Part shown: positions 60,801 through 64,000 of the stretch, one piece after another
Numbering within the stretch: the stretch's first letter is position 1
How the letters are laid out: each line of letters starts with the position of its first letter
Assembly (NCBI GenBank): GCA_043228905.1
Contig: JBHGNT010000010.1
Coordinates: 6,758,001 to 6,822,000, forward strand
DNA length: 64,000 bases
From: Azolla caroliniana
Lineage: Eukaryota; Plantae; Polypodiophyta
Direction of reading: 5' to 3'
Made by a program: the position numbers and the translations under genes
The notes under the pieces: model-generated
Databases searched by the model: none
What the model was told of the DNA's origin: nothing
The model's input: only the letters and a program-made list of their open reading frames with translations

Positions 60801-61902
60801 CCTACTTATATTTCCCAAGTTACTAATGATATTGTTGATACGGATGGATGGGAGCAAGAAGTGGACTTGTTTCCCCATACATTATTTTCTTAATAGTCCA
60901 TATTGTAGACCCCTCTTTCTCTCTATTAACAAAGAGGAAGATGGTAATAGTGATTATCTTTTTTATTTGTAGAGAATGTGAGGTTTTTCCTACCGATTAG
61001 CGGGGGTTTTACTCACATCTTTTTATTTTCTTTTTATTATATCTCTCTCATTGTCTATAGCCAAGAGATTGGCGAGAGAGCTTTTGTTTGTTAAGTACTG
61101 CCAATAAGTGCTTCGCCATAAATGGCTTAGCCTCTAACAAGGGGGAGGGCTAAATGTGAAAGTGTTTTTAGAATCTAAGCCATTGAACATTAGGAGAATA
61201 TAAAGTATAGATAATTCACCTTTTGAGGATAAGAACACGAACTAAAGACCTTAGGGAAGAAGTCAAAAGTAAAAGTACAAGACCAAGAGAAAAGTAAAAA
61301 GAGAAAACGCAGACTATAAAAAACAGTAAAAATAGAATGGTCATAACTCCCTCGTTGTTTATCCAAATATCACGTTTAAATATGGATTAGAAATCTTGTA
61401 AAAAGAGCTTTCTATAGCTTTTTAAATCGCTTAATTTGGATATCGGATGAGGGAGATATGACGATTAGAAGGTTGATGTGTCATAGCTAAAAATAGGGAG
61501 ATAAAAAGCTTCTAAAAATAGCATGAACGTGGATAAGAAGAGGAAGGTTATAAAAGAAGAAGTAATATTAGTGAGAAGGGGCGAAGAGTGAAGGCGAAAG
61601 AGTGGATGAGGAGTGTTAGGAAGAAGTGTCTTTGTGGAAGAGGAAGTGTCTTAGAAGAGGAAGGTCTTTGGTTTTAGTTCAATGTGGAGTTTGTCTCCTT
61701 TGTATTCTCTTGATGTTGGAATATCAGAACATTCTTATTTCTTGCTCGCTTTCTCTATCTTTTTTCTTAGTTTCTTGAGTTATACTCTCCAATCATAATT
61801 ACCTAGAGCTATATAATATATTATGATTTTCAACTCCATCTAATCGGTTTGGTCAAGCCCTCATATAGTGTATAACTATCTATTATCTTATACACCCTAT
61901 CA
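54897..61902 (+). mobile_element. Intact Ty3/Gypsy, Tat-type (additional RNase H), 7.0 kb
   Basis: 748-bp LTRs at 54897-55644 and 61155-61902 (four substitutions seen). Perfect TSD CATGT. PBS TGGCGCTCCAGGGAGGG at 55649 and PPT AAGGGGGAGGG. Confidence 0.96.
55734..60893 (+). CDS. Gypsy Gag-Pol: gag-ZnK-protease-RT-RH-aRH-integrase, about 1719 aa
   Basis: CYSCQEEGHISTRC, LVDSGA, RT VDYKPLN..FMDDF, degenerate native RH (LSLSVGSHAIG), second RNase H FFDGAF..NNEAEY..GDSLLV..NKEADAL, integrase GGH..CDACQ..WGIDAVG..SDHG..ANGAVE, and KWEGPF. Confidence 0.95.
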   Translation: MQFAFSGERTQDAGAFLASFEHHAVSIGRITDNEKLPLLVATFYGRARDWYDSLPPNQQGAYQLLVHQFRAKYIQRRSATEVREELFRLKMESPIGFTEYERNFKDLWTTWISLRGGTEDEWFKMERFKMGLDMYFRLEANLKDPTSFQALIQVCQAYDRQVKMMSSLGDPQMTALGANLMPRANFQASSSIVHGGQVFPNVYTTTTINPTSISQEVEQVRSEQDTMALVNRRFDEVMTHLQQSQAIHNTIPDGGGSRGHHGVICYSCQEEGHISTRCPHRQQRGMGRGIYQVQRNGQRPNNNEVEGNVTLPMAQVPTIPHNVNLLNFIDDSDNSFEVAPVKRTRSSQKEKEVEGESSASRQKKKSKENEKEEKLRRRHSRRKIKMEDIPMGEGVEAFNLKHELISSGPRITWPQLLQLSPTLRKEWGRLASIRQSRKTVHYVGIVRVEDRKDIRPTIPVSIKGFHIKDALVDSGARVSLISEFVVNKVGIPISRSSSARVAVADGGVVHCIGIVEDVVIKCFGVSISMDFHVIPLKGPSYSLVLGRPWMQELNVVQDWSKGLMTITPSKGVSIHYDMRQQRLIEKEEDGITEYDSGSAYESDESEDSSSEWEMTTSYAVLKEEDDEGSLITMEQKEKMISKDLKGQERQQFINLISEFPNLFISDYAHIRGVDVIQHHINLKEGTTPVAQKLRRLGHVQKEALLKEVKALLRAQFIYPVEDSEWVSPIVVVPKKNGKWRVCVDYKPLNAATKRDHFPLPFQDEILDEIAGHEMYSVCDGYLGYFQIRIAEEDQKKTTFITPWGCFAYRCMPFGLTNAVFTFNRLAIHVFQPFFGKFVRVFMDDFAIYSSRKDHLEKVRLAFKRLEECKMQLNPEKCHIGEKEVVMLGHVMSQEGIKVDSSKIEAIQKMTTPTSIKDLEVFVQKVRYFERFIHMLAQILYPFRIILRTNNFLWTSTTEEQYVRIKELLCNAPILKPPDRTSTFFLSLSVGSHAIGAILMQQDSENRLMHPIYFISKAMSDVEKEFLEVEKWMLALIYACKKFRSFLLPHHFVIITSMSLLPYVLQHVSISARIAKWALLLAEFDFEVKLESTMRAELADLLTFRETFHEEDLVKLRKALPEPDMEDAFTLFFDGAFRKATNIAVGGIILKDPQGDRVKSEGITLSGVNSNNEAEYATLCYGLRLCKAMKIKRLILKGDSLLVIKQIQGNWKCQSDGLRNFYKEAMSLLRSFEKIQVKHVGRLYNKEADALAQAQLDKIKEGFVGVLETCKDVDSLEEVHNFLNKGEFPNNLNALQRKRLVAKASQYHLVGEDLYNKGKDGVLRRVPNKSEIIKILFKLHEEVCGGHLAHDIMIRKILLIGFTWPTIHRDVHDWCRSCDACQKAGIRHLQSGPLQPIVVFAPFEKWGIDAVGPLPKTQHGKEFILVAIDYMTKWVEAIATSSIKAKDVAQFVYKNICTRFGVPMEIVSDHGPGFRSEMLACLLSKLKIKHRYSTPYYPQANGAVEKVNGLIVKNLTKLVQDKVRTWDRYLDDTLWAYRVSYKSSTGFTPFYLVYGKEALLPIELEIKSNRLMEASHRSKGNDVMSRLASNHLLQYSREEAVEHYLNQAMKRKEAYDKKHKGNHIEEGSLVLRYDNRYDYIQGQKLDNKWEGPFVVHKKYDNESYQLKDVDGALHSYRVNGWRLKKYVTRGPTYISQVTNDIVDTDGWEQEVDLFPHTLFS

Positions 61903-62034
61903 CATGTGTATCGATCCTTTAAGCGTCTCACAAAGTGTGGCTTAAGAGACTCGAATGTTCGTAGTTGAACTTTGATATTTGGATGCATTCGTTTGAACCT
62001 AATAAATAAATCGACTTGCGTAATAAAGGGGAAT

Positions 62035-62815
62035 TAGTTATTCTTGTAACTAGCTAACTATCCTAGTAGCTAATTAGATGTTCTAGTAGCTTATTAGCTA
62101 TTCTAGTAGTTAATTAGCTATCATGGTAGCTAATTAGCTGTCCTAGTAGCTAATTAGCTATCATGGTAGCCAATTAGCTATCCTAGTAGCTAATTAGACA
62201 TCATGGTAGCTAATTAGCTGTCCTAGTAGCTAATTAGCTATCATGGTAGCTAATAAGCTATTCTAGTAGCTAATTAGCTATTCTAGTAGCTAATTAGTTG
62301 TTATGGTAGCTAATTAGCTGTCATGGTAGCTAATTAGCTGTCATGGTAGCTAATTAGCTGGTCTAGTAGCTAATTAGCTATCATGGTGGCTAATTAGCTG
62401 TCCTAGTAGCTAATTAGCTATCATGGTAGCTAATTAGCTTTCCTAGTAACTAATTAGCTATCATGGTAGCTAATTAGTTGGTCTAGTAGCTAATTAGCTA
62501 TCATGGTGGCTAATTAGTTGGTCTAGTAGCTAATTAGCTATCATGGTAGCTAATTAGCTTTCCTAGTAGCTAATTAGCTAGTAATAACGAAATTAGCTAT
62601 CCTAGTAGCTAATTAGCTGTCCTGGTAGCTAGTTAGCTATTTTGGTAGCTAATTATCTAGTAGTAACTAAATTAGCTATTGAGAATAGCTAATTAGCTAT
62701 CATGGTAGTAGCTATTGAGAGTAGCCAATTACCTATGTAGTAGCTATCCTAGTAGCTAACTAAGGTAAATGTAATTGATAAGCTAATTAGCTTTTCTGCT
62801 AACTGAGCTAATTAA
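62035..62815. repeat. Palindromic TAGCTAATTAGCTA satellite, 20-bp unit, in the transposase intron
   Basis: GTAGCTAATTAGCTATCATG / GTAGCTAATTAGCTGTCCTA units repeated, lying between transposase exons (donor at 62860). Confidence 0.92.
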
Positions 62816-64000
62816 CTTTCCGTGTAGAGTCAAAACAAATGTTGAGATAAATGTAAATACCTGAGGTACATCAAGAAGATGAATGGGATGCTCCTCGTAT
62901 TGATTTCTTCCAACACGTTTCCTGCATAAATCCTTTTTATTGGGTGAAACCCTACTCTCATTAGTCCAAAACATTGTGATTACATCCTTGATTTCAAATG
63001 TTATGGGTGTCATTGGCTTACATCTTGTAGTTAGCTTTAGTAGACTAGTTCCTTCACCCGAGGAAATTATATGGTTCATTGTATTGTACACTGTTTTTCT
63101 ACTAACACCAATTACCTTAGATAGCTCATTGATGTTTATATCGTCAACATCACTATTAAGTAACATCATTAGACTAGACCTTTTTAAGACAAGATCATCT
63201 TCTGACCTGCTCATGGATACGAAACTATTACGAAGATTATTTACTAAAATAGATGATATATTTGCATTAAGACCATCACAATCAACTAAGTCCTTTATCG
63301 ATGGATCATTACATATTCCATAAAGTACTATCTTCTTTTCTTCATTGCTGATGTGCTTGGTTTGAACATTGAAATAGTCTACAACCTTTCTCTCTATGAT
63401 GGTAGTCGCATTACTTACATTCTAAGCTAAACTATCCTTACCTTTACTGAGTGTGGCTTTCGTATCCTTCAACAATTGACGATGTTTCCTTTTTTTTTCT
63501 GCCCAATAGTTTCGTATGGCTTGTTGTGTCTTGATAGCATCATCCCTATCCTTATGATCATTGAGGGGTAATTCTAAACACCCTTCTTCCCCTTCCATTT
63601 GGCTGGACATATTAAAACCCTAAATTTCCAGAAAAAAAAACAAGTATTTAAGATGGCTATGGGCAACAACAATACACAAAAATATTCCACAATACACAAG
63701 ATTAGACACAACAATACACAAGATAATCAATAGACAGAAAAATTATTGCAATCCAAGACCGAACAGTAGAGGAGTTCACTCTGTTGGATCGAACAGTTGA
63801 GGAGGCGATCTAGGACCTACCAATGGCGACAACTGAGTGTAGAATGTTGTCGTTGGATGAGTGAACTCCGTCAAATCGAAATGTGGAAGCAATCCAGGAC
63901 TGGACAGTAGCGGCAACTGAGTGTAGAATGATGGAAATGGAGGAGAGAACCCCATCAGATTGAACAGTTACCGATGATGCTTGGAACGCACAAAGAAGGC

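Larger units (their letters stand above)
52836..63610 (-). pseudogene. Sola2-like DDD transposase, disrupted by stops and a Gypsy insertion
   Basis: Exon 63610-62861 (FWTNESRVSPNKKD), then about 62015-61903 joined across the Gypsy to 54891 (FESLKPHFVRRLKDRYT|CCCIYH). Core motifs VDFAENY, HDTLFVQHC, WSDGAASQFK and FFRSGHGKGEHDGAG, then CFCFHC; stop at 52836. Superfamily assigned from recalled motifs. Confidence 0.75.
46894..64000 (-). mobile_element. Large decayed Sola2-like DNA transposon with cargo genes; right end probably beyond the window
   Basis: Transposase motifs at 52836-63610. The shared TAGCTAATTAGCTA motif from 47027 to 62815 ties the region together. The left terminus is uncertain (TACTACAAAAA at 46894 or GAGGG at 46905). 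Confidence 0.6.

Overview
This is AT-rich, repeat-dense land-plant nuclear DNA; the PPR motif style and TE families suggest a fern (inference). There are three host genes. (1) An intronless DUF579 polysaccharide O-methyltransferase (8687-9628, -). (2) A two-exon PLS-class PPR gene (13356-15279, +). Its spliced N-terminus, missed by the ORF track, is a complete OSB-type PDF ssDNA-binding motif in place of an obvious transit peptide. (3) An 8-exon chloroplast S1-domain RNA-binding gene of the RLSB/BSF/PDE338 family (23393-18579, -) with a roughly 600-aa Pro/Gln-rich insert containing about 12-15 YxPxF[SP]Q-like motifs. From about 23.7 kb onward the window is nested TEs: solo LTRs (one with a heat-shock-element-like array), an intact GC-rich Copia with apparently identical LTRs, and an old Copia invaded by an RTE-type LINE fragment and by a tRNA-Trp-primed Gypsy that itself holds a young Copia. 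From about 46.9 kb to the window end lies a large decayed Sola2-like DNA transposon. It carries convergent cargo genes (RING finger; FCP1/NIF-like HAD domain) and intronic arrays of the 14-bp palindrome TAGCTAATTAGCTA, and its transposase is split by an intact Tat-type Gypsy. All calls come from reading the sequence and recalling motifs; no searches were run.
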